A stretch of 64,000 nucleotides of DNA from Macrostomum lignano (Eukaryota), in NCBI GenBank assembly GCA_002269645.1, contig NIVC01001031.1, forward strand, positions 1-64,000, in the 5' to 3' direction. This document shows, one piece after another, positions 1 to 51,785 of this stretch (position 1 is its first letter; the number at the start of each line of letters is the position of its first letter). Below the pieces are notes generated by a model, which was not told where the DNA came from, did no database searches, and worked only from the letters and a program-made list of their open reading frames with translations. A program made the position numbers and the translations under genes.

Positions 1-884
1 CTTCAACTTGTAGCTTCCTGACACCAGCCTGGCTTGTTCCTGACACCAACTTGAAACTTCCTACACCCAACCTGGCTTGTCTGACACCTAACACTTGTAG
101 CTTCCTGACACCCAACCTGGCTTGTTCCTGACACCCGACTTGTAGCTTCCTGACACCCAACCTGGCTTGTTCTGACACCCAACCTGGCTTGTTCCTGACA
201 CCGACTTGTAGCTTCCTGACACCCAACCTGGCTTGTTCCTGACACCCGACTTGTAGCTTCCTGACACCAACTTGGCTTGTTCCTGACACCCAAACTGGCT
301 TGTTCCTGACACCCAACCTGGCTTGTTCCTGACACCGACTTGTAGCTTCCTGACCACCCAACCTGGCTTGTTCCTGACACCCAACCTGGCTTGTTCTGAC
401 ACCCAACCTGGTTGTTCCTGACACCCAACCTGGCTTGTTCCTGACACCAACCTGGCTTGTTCCTGACACCCAACCTGGCTTGTTCCTGACACCCAACCTG
501 GCTTGTTCTGACACCCAACCTGGCTTGTTCCTGACACCCAACCTGGCTTGTTCCTGACACCCAACCTGGCTTGTCCTGACACCCAACTGCTTGTTCCTGA
601 ACACCCAACCTGGCTTGTTCCTGACACCGACTTGTAGCTTCCTGACACCCAACCTGGCTTGTTCCTGACCCAACCTGGCTTGTTCCTGACACCGACTTGT
701 AGCTTCCTGACACCCAACCTGGCTTGTTCCTGATACCCGACTTGTAGCTTCCTGACACCAACCTGGCTTGTTCCTGACACCCAACTGGCTTGTTCCTGAC
801 ATCCAACGTACCTGGCTTGTTCCTGACACCCAACCTGCTTGTTCCTGACATCCAACCTGGCTTGTTCCTGACACCCAACCTGGA
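1..884. repeat. ~23-bp minisatellite (CCTGACACCCAACCTGGCTTGTT) with a CCTGACACCCGACTTGTAGCTT variant
   Basis: Visible tandem units with many 1-nt deletions. Confidence 0.95.
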
Positions 885-1510
885 ATTCTTGACACCGTTA
901 CTCAAAGCTTTCGGACAGTCTTCAGGAGCTTCCTAAAAACCATATTTTCCTGGTAGTAGCTCGTATCTCCAGGCGACCAAAATGGCACTTCAGTTTGGAC
1001 CCCTAGTTACTGAAGATCGGTGTTTCTTATTATCAAGGTTCAGGGTCAAGAGGCCTTGAATAGAGCAATGATGTGTCAGGGGTATGTGAGGCTCCCACCT
1101 TTCAAGTGTTTCCTTAAAAACCGACCTTTTTGTCGGTTTGTGGGATTCTCTCTCTCTCTCTCTCTCTCTTCTTCATGGTGTGGGGTCAAGGACCCCGTCA
1201 GTCTGAAGACCCGCTTCAATAAGTTTGTTGTATTTTTCACAGATTCAATCAGCCCCTATTATATATTGAAGTTGGTTCTTAAGGGAAGGAAGGGAAGGCC
1301 GACTACGGGCGTGGAAGCTTAGTAGTCAGCTGACGCGATTTTGTTACAATAACAGCGCTTCTGAAGCTGACGACTATTTCTTAGAAAATCAGTTGTGAAG
1401 GATTCCATCCGCTGCTTGTTGCTAACTCGCTTTTACCTGACACGTGTTGGTCTGGTTGTCGATTTTTCATAGAAATTCCAGCTAAACTTTTCATGGCTGA
1501 AACTGGGTCA

Positions 1511-2240
1511 GAGAGATCAGGTGTGTCGGTACTAGATCAGATAGTGTGTCGGTACTAGATCAGAGAGAGTGTCGTACTAGATCAGATAGAGTGTCGGTAC
1601 TAGATCAGATAGAGTGTCGGTACTAGATCAGAGAGTGCGTACTAGATCAGATAGAGTGTCGTACTAGATCAGATAGAGTGTCGGTACTAGATCAGAGAGT
1701 GTCCGGTACTAGATCAGATGGAGTGTCGTACTAGATCAGAGAGTGTGTGGGCACTATATCATAGTGTTTCGGTACTAGACAGAGAGCGTCGGTACTAGAT
1801 CATAGAGTGTGTCGGTACTAGTTCATAGAGTGTGTCGGTACTAGATCAGAGAGTGTCGGTACTAGATCATAGAGTGTGTCGGTACTAGATCATAGAGTGT
1901 GTCGGTACTAGATCATAGAGTGTGTCGGTACTAGATCAGAGAGTGTCGGTACTAGATCATAGAGTGTGTCGGTACTAGATCAGAGTGTGTCGGTACTAGA
2001 CAGAGAGCGTCGGTACTAGATCAGAGAGTGTGTCGGTACTAGATCAGAGAGTGTCGTACTAGATCAGAGAGTGTGTCGGTACTAGATCAGAGAGTGTGTC
2101 GGTACTAGATCAGAGTGTGTCGGTAATAGACAGAGAGCGTCGGTACTAGATCAGAGAGTGTGTCGGTACTAGATCAGAGAGTGTCGGTACTAGATCAGAG
2201 AGTGTTCGGACTAGATCAGAGAGTGTGTCGGTACTAGACA
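1511..2240. repeat. ~21-23-bp minisatellite (GTGTCGGTACTAGATCAGAGA)
   Basis: Visible tandem units. Confidence 0.95.
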
Positions 2241-2332
2241 GAGAGAGTCATGCGCGGTACCAGATGTCGGCAATACTAACAACCCTAAAGCAATTAAATC
2301 TTCAACTCTGCTCTGTCATCTCCACACCGCAG

Positions 2333-41237
<38,905 letters not shown>

Positions 41238-42008
41238 TCTAGAGATGGCCTTCGTGTGGTACGAAGCACATTTCTTGAATCTGGTTAACAAAAAAACTTA
41301 ATGATTGAAACAAATGCCGCATGTAGCAGAAGACGACGCAATCTCTCTTGACTTTGTGTACGAGCTTACTTTAGCAATGCTCTTGTGTATTTTAAACGTG
41401 CACCAGCTGTCTTTCTTGTAAAGCACTCAAAAATCGTTTTTCTGGACCTGTTGTCAAGGTCTATTGAAAAAAATGACAACCAAACCGAGTCACACCATCG
41501 ACTAGCTACGAGCTTGACGTACAGTTTATATTATTCTACAATGCATGATCCTGTCGTTTATATACTGCTAAAACATTTTTCTTCAGAACAAATCTGTCAC
41601 CAATTAGACTGTGTCATCTAAGACAGCATGTTTGCCTGTGAATTTACAGAGCTTCATTACAAGGGTTTAATAGCTTTCAGTTTTTTGCATTATCCTTTGT
41701 ACATGTACTCGTATATGCGACGCTGCAATTCAATCACAGATACGCGCTTGTCTGCCGTGGTAGATAGCAAAAATTTTGTTATAATTAAGCCGTTTCAAAT
41801 TAATCTGAGTCGATCATTGCGAACGTTTTTTTGATCTTGCACTATCGATTAAGCCTTTTATTGTCTCCTTTTGTCTGGTAAACTTTTTCTCAGACACATC
41901 ATTTGTTTAATCTCATCTCATCCGCGATGTGTTAGCGACTGCGAGTTATAAGTAATTAAATGTGCTTACTCTTTTATTAAAAAAATTGAAAACAGATTGC
42001 AATACAAT

Positions 42009-42014
42009 AATAAA
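42009..42014 (+). promoter_or_regulatory. Candidate polyadenylation signal of teneurin
   Basis: AATAAA about 770 nt after the stop in AT-rich 3' sequence; other variants nearby. Confidence 0.3.
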
Positions 42015-42278
42015 ACAATCTTACTTGCGCGACATACTACTTAAAAAAATCGGTAGCAAAAGGCGCTTTTTGCTAAAATATAATGATATTTTCGTTTTGG
42101 AATTAATATTATTTCAAGGAATCATTTTTTTGTAACAATCTGTTGAGTAGCTTTCTGAAATTGTTTTTCCTTAGTCGACTACACTTAAATAAAGTAAATC
42201 TTTCCAAAATTCTGTTTCTATTCTTCAGTCAGGGCGTACTGCGATTTTCGTTTCGGCAGAAGCCTAGCTAGAGTCAGA

Positions 42279-42394
42279 GGGGTCGTACTATAAAGCTGTC
42301 GTAGCGTAAGTTCGAACGTACGTCGGAACTTTTACACTGCGGAGATAGGAGCTAAGAACAATCTTATCTTACGATGGCTTTATAGAACGGGCCC
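42279..42394. mobile_element. Possible short MITE remnant
   Basis: Degenerate inverted ends GGGGTCGTACTATAAAGCTGTCGTA / GGGCCCGTTCTATAAAGCCATCGTA; AGAGTCA on both flanks; similar end motif at about 33592-33630. Confidence 0.35.
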
Positions 42395-43886
42395 AGAGTC
42401 AATACTTTAGCCTCTTAATTGCGTTTCACACAATTGCTTATATAGCTGTGCTTGTGACGTTTTTAGTTTGTCATGCTTTGCAGCGTGCGATTCTTCTGGC
42501 AAGAGCCACAATCAAGAGACATTTATCAGTAAATTACCCCCTATTATGCATTGCAACATGAGCATACACTCGTATTAGCTCGGGTGCAGGTGGTTCATTG
42601 GGAGCGCACTGCAACTAAGCAATTTTCTCCAACAGAATGTTTCTGTTCTATACAATTCTGAGATATACGCCGTATGTACTGTGATAGCTACATGTAGTGT
42701 TCGTCAGAAAGTATCTGAAACAAAGGGACAATGACGAAAACCAGTGCTTGCAAAAGCCAACAAAGACAAAGTTGCGCTTGGCAAGGCTGCACTGAGGCGT
42801 AGTGCCGAATACACTAACGCTAATGAGAAAAATCCGACCTTCTGGCAGAATCGTTGACTATATCGAAGATCTAGAGGGCTGAATACATGATTCCTTGTTT
42901 GAGAAGTTGCAAAACAAAAATTCAGCGTGTCTGGTTTGGTCCGTTTTGGCGTCGGAAAAACATTTGTCATAAAAAATTGACTGGATTGGTACTCCTACTG
43001 TCGAAAGCCGCAGAAAGAAATGCCAATCAACTTGTAATTCGCTGTGAAAAACAGTTTGAGCAATAAAAACAAAAGCATGTTTACGCGCTTAACTTTGACG
43101 GCAATTCAGGCTGTGACATTTATTGTCACTAAGCCCAGTCGTACAATAGAAATACGCTTCAACATCTGACCAGTAAATTTGAGCTACGATAAAAAAGGCG
43201 ATAAAAGTCAACGAGTTCTAATCTCCCAGGAGTTAAACTTCCGTTCAAGCTCGCAAAGCATGGCACTGATGGACAATTTTTTGAGAGTTCAAAATTTCAA
43301 GGAAACTTTAATTAAGTAACAATAATAGTTTTCTTAAATTATGGCTCATACGCTATGGCCCAGTGGAAAAAAAGGACTCGGGCCACCGGAGGGGTGTCTG
43401 GCTCGGGCCGAGGGTGGCAATGCACAGCTAAATCTGGCTCGACCCAACGTTGGCCCGCCACCAGCGCGCCAGCGGTTTGCCTCCTATTTTTCGCGTCTTA
43501 AATTTTTGCCCCATTCTACTGGTAATTTTATTCTATTATACATGTAGTTCCTCCTACTGTGCCTAGCCTATAAATCATCAGAGGCAGTGAGTGTGCACAG
43601 TATAGCACCAACAAAAGTACAGGAAACATGTACCGGTTACATAGGCTCAAACATGTACATTTCTCGCCAATATTCAAAACGTAAATTTTGGCAATTTAAA
43701 GTTTCTCGGAGGACGAATTGTCAAGCAGACAATATACGCTCGTATACATTGTATTTTTATTTTTACATTGTTCTTGCGGTACCGGTATACATGTGTGGCT
43801 AAAATAAGTCAGTGGAAATGTAAGACATTCAGTGGTAAATAAGTCAGTGGAACTCATGCAAGCAATTAAGACAACAAAGGGCTGAA

Positions 43887-46800
43887 TCACTCAAATATGA
43901 GTGAATCGTCCTCGGAACTGCTTTCCCGCGTTCGCTTCCGAGAACGGTCCACTTCTGCAGATCGTCTTCCTCCTTGCTGGTCGTTGTTTGCCTGCGCCAC
44001 TACACCCGCCGCCGCTGAGGAATCGCGACGCTTTTGACGGCCTCCTGCTCTGTCGTGCGCGTTTTTCAGGACAGAGATAACTGCTATCTCCACATCGCGC
44101 TCGGCAGGCCGCTGGCCTCCGTGCATCTTCGAGATGGCAGCTGAAGCAAAATAAGTGTAGGAATATTGCATCACTTGTACAACGGGTAGGCGTGCGAAAA
44201 AGTAAATATTTTATAATTAAATGTTTGAAAAATCCTTTCACAGTGTCTTTGCTCTACTAACAGTAGCAAATAATTGAACATATAAGTCCTAAAAGTAATC
44301 CGAATTTTGTCCTTCTCAATGCATGCCCAGAAACAATATGGAGCGGATGAAGCAAAAAATAAAGAGATTACACTCTGCCGACTGCAGAGTGAGCACTGCA
44401 CTAAGATACGACTCCCCACTGAAGCATGAACGCTAATAAAGAGAGCGGCGGGTGTTAATGAAAGCAAGGCGAAGACTTGTGCATAATTTACCAACTGACT
44501 GATAGCTATAATCCAAAAGAATAAACATGCTCACCTTGGAAAGCAGGCAGGGCATTGCGGAATGCCAGAAGGGTGTCGGAGAGCTCCAACTGACTCCTCT
44601 TCTGGAGATCTCGGCCGCTGTAGTTAACCTGCTGCTGCATCTCGACTGTGAGGCATTTGTCCACCATTCGACGGATGGTGTTATATGTGGTGGCTGATTT
44701 GCAGGCCAAGAGATATGGCACCTGCATGAAAAGGAGCGATAAAGCAATTGTTTAGGAAAGATATAAAAAGTGCCTTCATGTACAGTCATGTTGAATTAGC
44801 ATGCTATGTTATTGTAAGATTTTTAATTTTCTCTGTTTGTTTTGAGTAGAGCAGTCAAATCATACATTACAGCTATACCCACTAGGCTATTCCCACAAAA
44901 ATACAAACTGATCAAATAATGCCAAAAGTCAAGTTTGTCTCCTTACACTTAGAAGGTTGAGGCAGACTTGTACAACGGGCTAGGCGTGCGAAAAAGTAAA
45001 GATTTTATAATTATGTTTGAAAAATCCTTTCACAGTGCTTTTGATCTACTAATAGTAGCAAAGTAGTATAAGCCTAAAAGTAATCCGAATTTTGTCCTTC
45101 CCAAAACATGCTCAGAATTTCAGAAATAATGGAGCGGATGAAGCATAAAATAAAGAGATTATTAAGAGCACTGCACTAAGATACGACTCGGTCAAATCGG
45201 TAGCCTTGTCAAATTGTACACTGTTGAATTGTGAATAAGGAGAGAGCTACAAAAATATTGCCCAGTCCAGATTGTCCCTTACCCGTGCCGTCATCGCCTC
45301 AGAAGATGTGATGAAGTTCGCGTACTCCCTCCACGACCCTACTGGCACCGGATCGGTCTCATCTGCAGCGGCTTGCCCACCATGCCCTCCAATCGCAGCC
45401 AAGAGATCGCGACGCAGGCGCTGCATTTCTGCCCTCATCTGCTGCACTTGTTGCTCCATCTGAGACTTCAGCTCTACTCGGGTGATGTGCAGCTGCCGGA
45501 AGATGCTGATGAGGGCAAAAGTTTGGCCTTCTCGGGTGTCCATAGAGGTGCCTGATTTTGCCTCCATTGCCTCCCTTGTCTGCTGAATGCAGGTGTTGCC
45601 GAAATTAAGAAAGCTAACACCATGCGGATCCCGGCACAGCCGTGGGGTGGCACCAGACAACGCGGAGCTAGCTGCGTTAGAGTCTGCTGATCCAAGGCGA
45701 GCTGACAATCGGGATCTTGTATCGTCCACGGCGGCGGGAATAGCGACAGGTTCTGGTGTACACCGTGTACTGGCCGCATCGGCCGTGTGGACCCTGTTGT
45801 GATCCATATCCAGCAGGGAAGCGCCATCCATGCCTGTTGCTCTGGACATGGCTCCTGAAGTGGCGGTCGGCAGCACCTTCTGCTGAGGAGGCGGCAGCAG
45901 CTGCAGATCAGACTCTACACCCTCAGCAGAATCCGAATCAATCCCACTATGGGGTCTCTGGTGAAGGCTTCGACTTTGTGGAGGTTCAGCGTCGCTTTCA
46001 GAGGTGCTGAGTAGCTGGAATGAAGCGGTAGTACATGTAAATTACAATTGTGTCTGCATGTTAGACAAGCCTTAATTTAAAATTGAGGGATATGGAATCT
46101 GCCTTATTCATCCCCGTATGCTTATAGACTTTTACACTAAATTCAACTGTGGTCACTGCATGGTCCGACTTGATAGAGCAAAGGGGTTGGGTCCTTTTCC
46201 CATGCAGGGCCAGGGTCTGAGTAGGGGAAGCAGTTTGATAACTCACACACTAATCTGATGAATAGCTACACATTTGCAGGCTCACTAAGTTTTCCAGTTA
46301 TGAATATGTTATACTGGAGCCAGACATTAGCAATGAGGATATAATTCCTTATTAATTTTAAAAAAACTTTAAGCTCGGACGAATTTTACTACTGAAACTA
46401 TAATTCTACTCAGTACTAAATTATTTACTAAATTACAGCTACTTACATCCATGCGCGGAAACGGCTGCCTCTTCATGCCTCCTAACACTCTGTCCACCAT
46501 GCGCAGAAAGGTCGGTATCCGCTTTTTCTTGCAGAGACGGGCGTCGCGCAGAAATTTGATGGTGGCCCTGGTGTCGTAATCATCAGGCACAACCTTAAAT
46601 GTTTTCAAGTGTTCAAAGCCTTCATATATTGATATTAAAGTGCAGAACGTCTCTATCTGTCATATAAACTTTAGTCCTCCCCTCTTCAAATCTTCAACTT
46701 AATTCTATCACTTTGACTTTCCTGTCCTGTTCTCCATCGTACTGAACTAGCTCACGCTACGCTGCTTCTTTACTCCACTTAGCCATTTAATTATATTCTT

Positions 46801-47167
46801 CCCCTCTCATTTCCAGTCCTCTATCTCACTCTTGCTTTTCTTATTTCACTTACGTCTTACCATCCGTCATTTACAGTTAGCTCAAGCTACACACCAATGA
46901 GAAAATCAGCCAAATTGCCCCAAGTACAACTGATGTCAACAATCATGAAAAGAATTCAATCAACAATGTGTTGCAACTTGCCTGCAGCAGTGTCGCCTCG
47001 TATCGGTTTTCTTCATACAGAACTTGCACCACTATAGGCGTGGGACTTCTAAGTGCGATCTTTTTCCAGTCTTCTTCTGTCCAATTTTGATATTGTCCTA
47101 GAAATACATCTTCCGCATTTGCCTCGATGATTTCGAGGTCATCATGGAAAATTACTATGTACTTCAT
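43887..47167 (-). CDS. Transposon accessory protein with C-terminal DUF4806/BEN-like domain; 5 exons (47167-46982, 46593-46447, 46014-45283, 44721-44535, 44140-43887), 501 aa
   Basis: All junctions are phase-compatible and total 1506 nt; intron 1 has a GC donor (CAG|GCAAGT); motifs TIRRMVDKCLTVEMQQQVNYSGR and ERDVEIAVISVLKNAHDR resemble DUF4806 proteins (from recall). Confidence 0.75.
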
Positions 47168-47540
47168 GGCTATCAATAAAAGCAGATTGGAAACACCTGA
47201 GTGAGTAGGCAGATACAGTATGACTTGAGGGTCTAACAAATTTGGTGCAATGCATGAACTGGCCTATAAAACAGCATCTAAATGGGGTGGGGTGGTGCAA
47301 AATTCCCCGCAATCCAAAAGCCAATAGCGTAAGGCCTCCCCCTACCTAAGCCCTAAGGCTTCGTCTGAAATTTTCCTCTCTTCTGGTTCGCTCTGCTTCT
47401 CCTCCCTCATGCTCCATTCAGATGGCGAGTGACTCTGTCAGTTCTTGACAAGTTTATCCACAGGCAAGGACCAGCTAAGTCAAGTCGACAGCAAAAACAA
47501 GCATTTAAAAGGGTTCACATACCGAAGAGCAGATATGGGC

Positions 47541-49506
47541 TTAGATATCATTGCCACACAGAGGAATAACAACATAGGATCCCTTCTGTGGGATTAGGAA
47601 ACATTTGCCTGTGGGTGCACCGGTAATCACTACACGCGTATCATTATAGAAGCCAATCGATAAAATGTCAGATGAGTATGGAAAAGTATACAACGGCTGT
47701 TGAAACTTCAAAATCACCCCAGTAACAGAATTATTAGCAACTGAAAGGATCCGGACCACATTACTTCCAATAGTACAGCAGTTATTAGGTCTCATGCTTG
47801 AGTAGTACATAGGCCGAACAGGATTGCAACCAAGATCTGATTTAAAATATGAGCTGATGCAAAACGTGTTACACGTATCCTTCTTTTAATGTTTGACAAA
47901 TAGTTCTCAAATGGGAAGGTAGAAAAATTCGAAAGATTACCGTACTGTGCGACAAATTCATGCAAATGCAGCAAAATATGCATGTTATATGTTGTAGCCG
48001 TTTCACCATAAATTAATTTAGCCTGCTCAACAAAAATTTCGAGGCACCTTTTTGCGTGAGCATGTAAGTGAGACAGCCTGTCAGTGCAAAAACATAGATA
48101 GCAAAATGCAGCAGCATGAAATGCTTGAAAATGTTAGTGGGAAGATATTTTCGAAACAGGTAGGGTCCGAGGTATAGTAGAAGAAGGCGAAATTCAGTGG
48201 CCTTAAAGTGCTTTAATTCTGTGTCTAGACGTCGCGGTCGACGCTGAAAGTTAGACGGAGTGTAGGGCGCACATTCTTGAATTCGGTCCGACAGCTCCTT
48301 GATCTCTGCAGCACGAAGCTTGCAGTTTCTGCCTTCATTGGAGTAGAACAGATAGTGGAAGATGCGGCGAAGAATTCCCAGACAGACCAGATGTTGGTAG
48401 TCGATGGGAAAATTTTTGACGAAGCAGACCCCTGGGAGATGCAGAAGTGGAGATGTTGGTCCTTCCTTCATGTTGGACTCCTGTTGGCTCAGATACCCCT
48501 CAGTGGTGCGGCTGTCACTAGCTCGCGTCGGGTAAACAACTGTTCTGTTCACCACTTTTCCTCTGGCTCGGCAGTAGTTGCATCCGACTAGTGAGTTGTG
48601 GCCCATGACCTTGCAGATGAAGGCTCTGGCCGGAGCATCACAGACAAACCTGATACTGTGGAAATGCACGTTTAAGTGAAGCACTTCGACAGAGGTGGAT
48701 AGAAAACCTTTGATTTCGCTGCAGAAGTCACTGAAGTACTCATGTAGCGGTGGTTTGCTCAAGCCGGCAAACACAGCCACCGGGAAGGGCCGAGCGAAAC
48801 CGCTGATCTTCATGAGAATGGGCCAAATTTGGAAGTTTGAAGACTTATAGACAGGCATGCCATCCACGTTAACTGTCACTTCAAATGTATGCACAGTTTT
48901 TCCATTAGATAGAGTTTTTGTGCTCTTGAGATCCAGAAGGTTCTTCTTGATTAAGTCGGCCAGATTTTTCTTGATAGACAGATAGGCAAACTGTCCTTGG
49001 CTCAATGGATGCATATTGAGCCCTCTGGACAAATTAGCGCCCTTTAAAAGCCGGTATAATGATGAAGCAACAGGAAGGCCACGGCAGTGCAATTCGGCAA
49101 GCAGAAATTTCATTCCTGCTCGAGAGGCGTTGAACAAGAGCATGTATTGAACCAAGGCGTCGTTTAGGGTGTCCAAGCCCTTTCTCTCAGGCTCGTCCGA
49201 GTCACTATCGGTGTCTGACGGCGGATCCAGATCCTCATCAAAACAGCATGCAGGCTCCTTGGCGTCCTGATCTTGAGCCAAAGCTTCGCAGAAATCCACT
49301 TCTTCCATTAGCCGGAAGTTGTCGATCTCCATCGCCTCGGAATCCAGTTGCAGTGGCGTGCTACGAGTAGTAGCAGTGGCATTGCTCAGCTGTGCTGCTG
49401 TAGTATCCTGCTCGGCAGTTTCGGCTGGCTCCAACTCCTCCATATCTCCTGCCATGGATCTCTGGATCTCTGTTCTCACCTTACGGTTTAGATTATTTCT
49501 GTTCAT
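47541..49506 (-). pseudogene. EnSpm/CMC-type DDE transposase with two 1-nt deletions as assembled
   Basis: VNVDGMPVYKSSNFQIWPIL, FVCDAPARAFICKVMGHNSLVGCNYC, IDYQHLVCLG, PSNFQRRPR, HFKATEFRLLLLY; the conserved reading YNMHILLHL...FPFENYL resumes after a shift at A5 48088-48092; second shift near 47830 before RPNNCC...PLYTFPYSSDILSIG. Confidence 0.88.
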
Positions 49507-50874
49507 GGCTAAATTAACTCTGCTTCGAAATGTTAAGTTCGCGTAGATGTATAGAAAGCATAAGAAAGGTGGCAAATGGGTTCTTAGTACTTTTCTAGCA
49601 AGGCTAAAAGCTAGATAGAAAAATATAAGGATTGAGAGATGGTGTATAGTCTTTTCAGGGTCGACCAATCTGGAAAGAGTGAAATCAGGGACCGATGAAA
49701 TAGGGGAAGCCCGTGTTGGCTAGACATGCCCTGGCGGAGATAAGAGACGAGGAAGAAAATCATAAACTGAAAGCATAAACAGTCGTTCGTTTTTCATTGT
49801 GAAAAGAAAGAAGGGAGCGATAACGATCTACGACGGCAAGAGTCTTCAAACAGAGTTGGTTCAATCGGGGCGGGGGGACTGAGAACCAGAGCAGTCATAC
49901 CATTCATATTTGGGACTGAGCATTCGACACTGTAGCATTCGAGCTATCACATAAATCATTCGTATTGGATACTATTACGCCCAAGAAAGTTTTTTTACAA
50001 GTTTGCATTCGAGTGTGGGACCCCTACTCCCTTTTCCTCCCTTCCCTTCTCTCTCAAGCCTCCGGCCACAACCCCCCCACTCAGTCCATAGTCTGTTATG
50101 TGGGTGCTCCTTCTACCAGCATAAATATTAATAAGCATTCTTTCACTTTTTGCGAGCTTCACTAGAGATAACATCTGCCGAACGGCAAAAAATACTGTCG
50201 GATACCTTTATAGTATAGAATTTATTGCAATGCCCCTTCCCATGGTCTGCCTCTTTCTTCACTCACTTTGTGGACAGGGCTAGTGGTGACAGGCCCACTC
50301 CTAGTATCCCCATTTTTTATAGCGCATACAACTAGACTGCCTCTGACTTGGAGTTTCAAAACTTCTGCATTGATGAATTTTGCCACTCGGCTCTCATACT
50401 TATGGGGGCAAATGGATACATACGGCAGAGCAGATGTCAAAAATTTGGAGAAGTTTGAGAAGTGAGAGATGGATGTGGAGAGCGATTTAGGAACAGAACG
50501 AGAGAGATAAAGAAATAGGAACTTGAAGCACTTGTTTTGGAGTTTCTGACCAGCAGATGCAAAAAGCTTTTTGCTTCAAATTGTCACTAACATTTTTAAT
50601 CTATATTTCTGTTCATGGCTAAATTAACTCTGCTTCGAAATGTTAAGTTCGCGTAGATGTATAGAAAGCATAAGAAAGGTGGCAAATGGGTTCTTAGTAC
50701 TTTTCTAGCAAGGCTAGAAGCTAGATAGAAAAATATAAGGATTGAGAGATGGTGTATAGTCTTTTCAGGGTCGACCAATCTGGAAAAAGTAGCGAAATCA
50801 GGGACCGATGAAATAGGGGAAGCCCGTGTTGGCTAGACATGCCCTGGCGGAGATAAGAGACGAGGAAGAAAATC
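49494..50874. repeat. Direct repeat of about 270 bp (49494-49761 and 50604-50874) covering the transposase start codon and upstream region
   Basis: Near-identical sequences at an offset of about 1110 bp. Confidence 0.93.
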
Positions 50875-51114
50875 TATTGCTTTGGGGCGCCCAATAAGCA
50901 AGGAGCAAAAATTATTCATGCAAAGCCATCCAAAGCACATTTTCTTAAGAATCAATTCCTTGTTTAGCTTAATCACCTTATTCGAGTGAAATTTTCATGG
51001 ACAAAGACGTTTGCTATGAATCTCTTTTTTCTATAAGGAACAAAAAGACAATGAAATAAAGCTTTCAAAAAAATAATACACATTCCGTCATTCCCCCTAA
51101 ATAGAAAACATCCC

Positions 51115-51785
51115 CAAGATTAGCGATCTGCCTAGAATAGCACTCTGCCCAGATTAGCACTCTGCCCAGATTAGCACTCCGCCAAGATTAGCACTCCGCC
51201 AAGATTAGCACTCCGCCCAGATTAGCACTCCGCCAAGATTAGCACTCCGCCAAGATTAGCACTCCGCCCAGATTAGCACTCTGCCCAGATTAGCACTCTG
51301 CCCAGATTAGCACTCTGCCCAGAATAGCACTCTGCCTAGAATAGCACTCCGCCCAGATTAGCACTCTGCCCAGATTAGCACTCTGCCTAGAATAGTACTC
51401 CGCCCAGATTAGCACTCCGCCCAGATTAGCAATCCGCCTAGAATAGCACTCTGCCTAGAATAGCACTCCGCCCAGATTAGCACTCCGCCAAGCTGAGCAC
51501 TCTGCCCAGATTAGCACTCTGCCCCAGATTAGCACTCTGCCCCAGATTAGCACTCTGCCCAGATTAGCACTCTGCCCAGATTAGCACTCTGCCCAGATTA
51601 GCACTCTGCCCAGATTAGCACTCTGCCCAGATTAGCACTCTGCCCAGATTAGCACTCTGCCCAGATTAGCACTCTGCCCAGATTAGCACCCCGCCCAGAT
51701 TAGCACTCTGCCCAGATTAGCACTCTGCCCAGATTAGCACCCCGCCCAGATTAGCACTCTGCCCAGATTAGCACTCTGCCTAGAA
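51115..51785. repeat. 17-bp subterminal minisatellite (AGATTAGCACTCTGCCC) inside the transposon
   Basis: Visible. Confidence 0.95.

Noticed and set aside
1460-1520. Possible upstream teneurin exon (EIPAKLF, similar to QIPPGLFW)
   Set aside because: The similarity is too short and the downstream residues do not fit.
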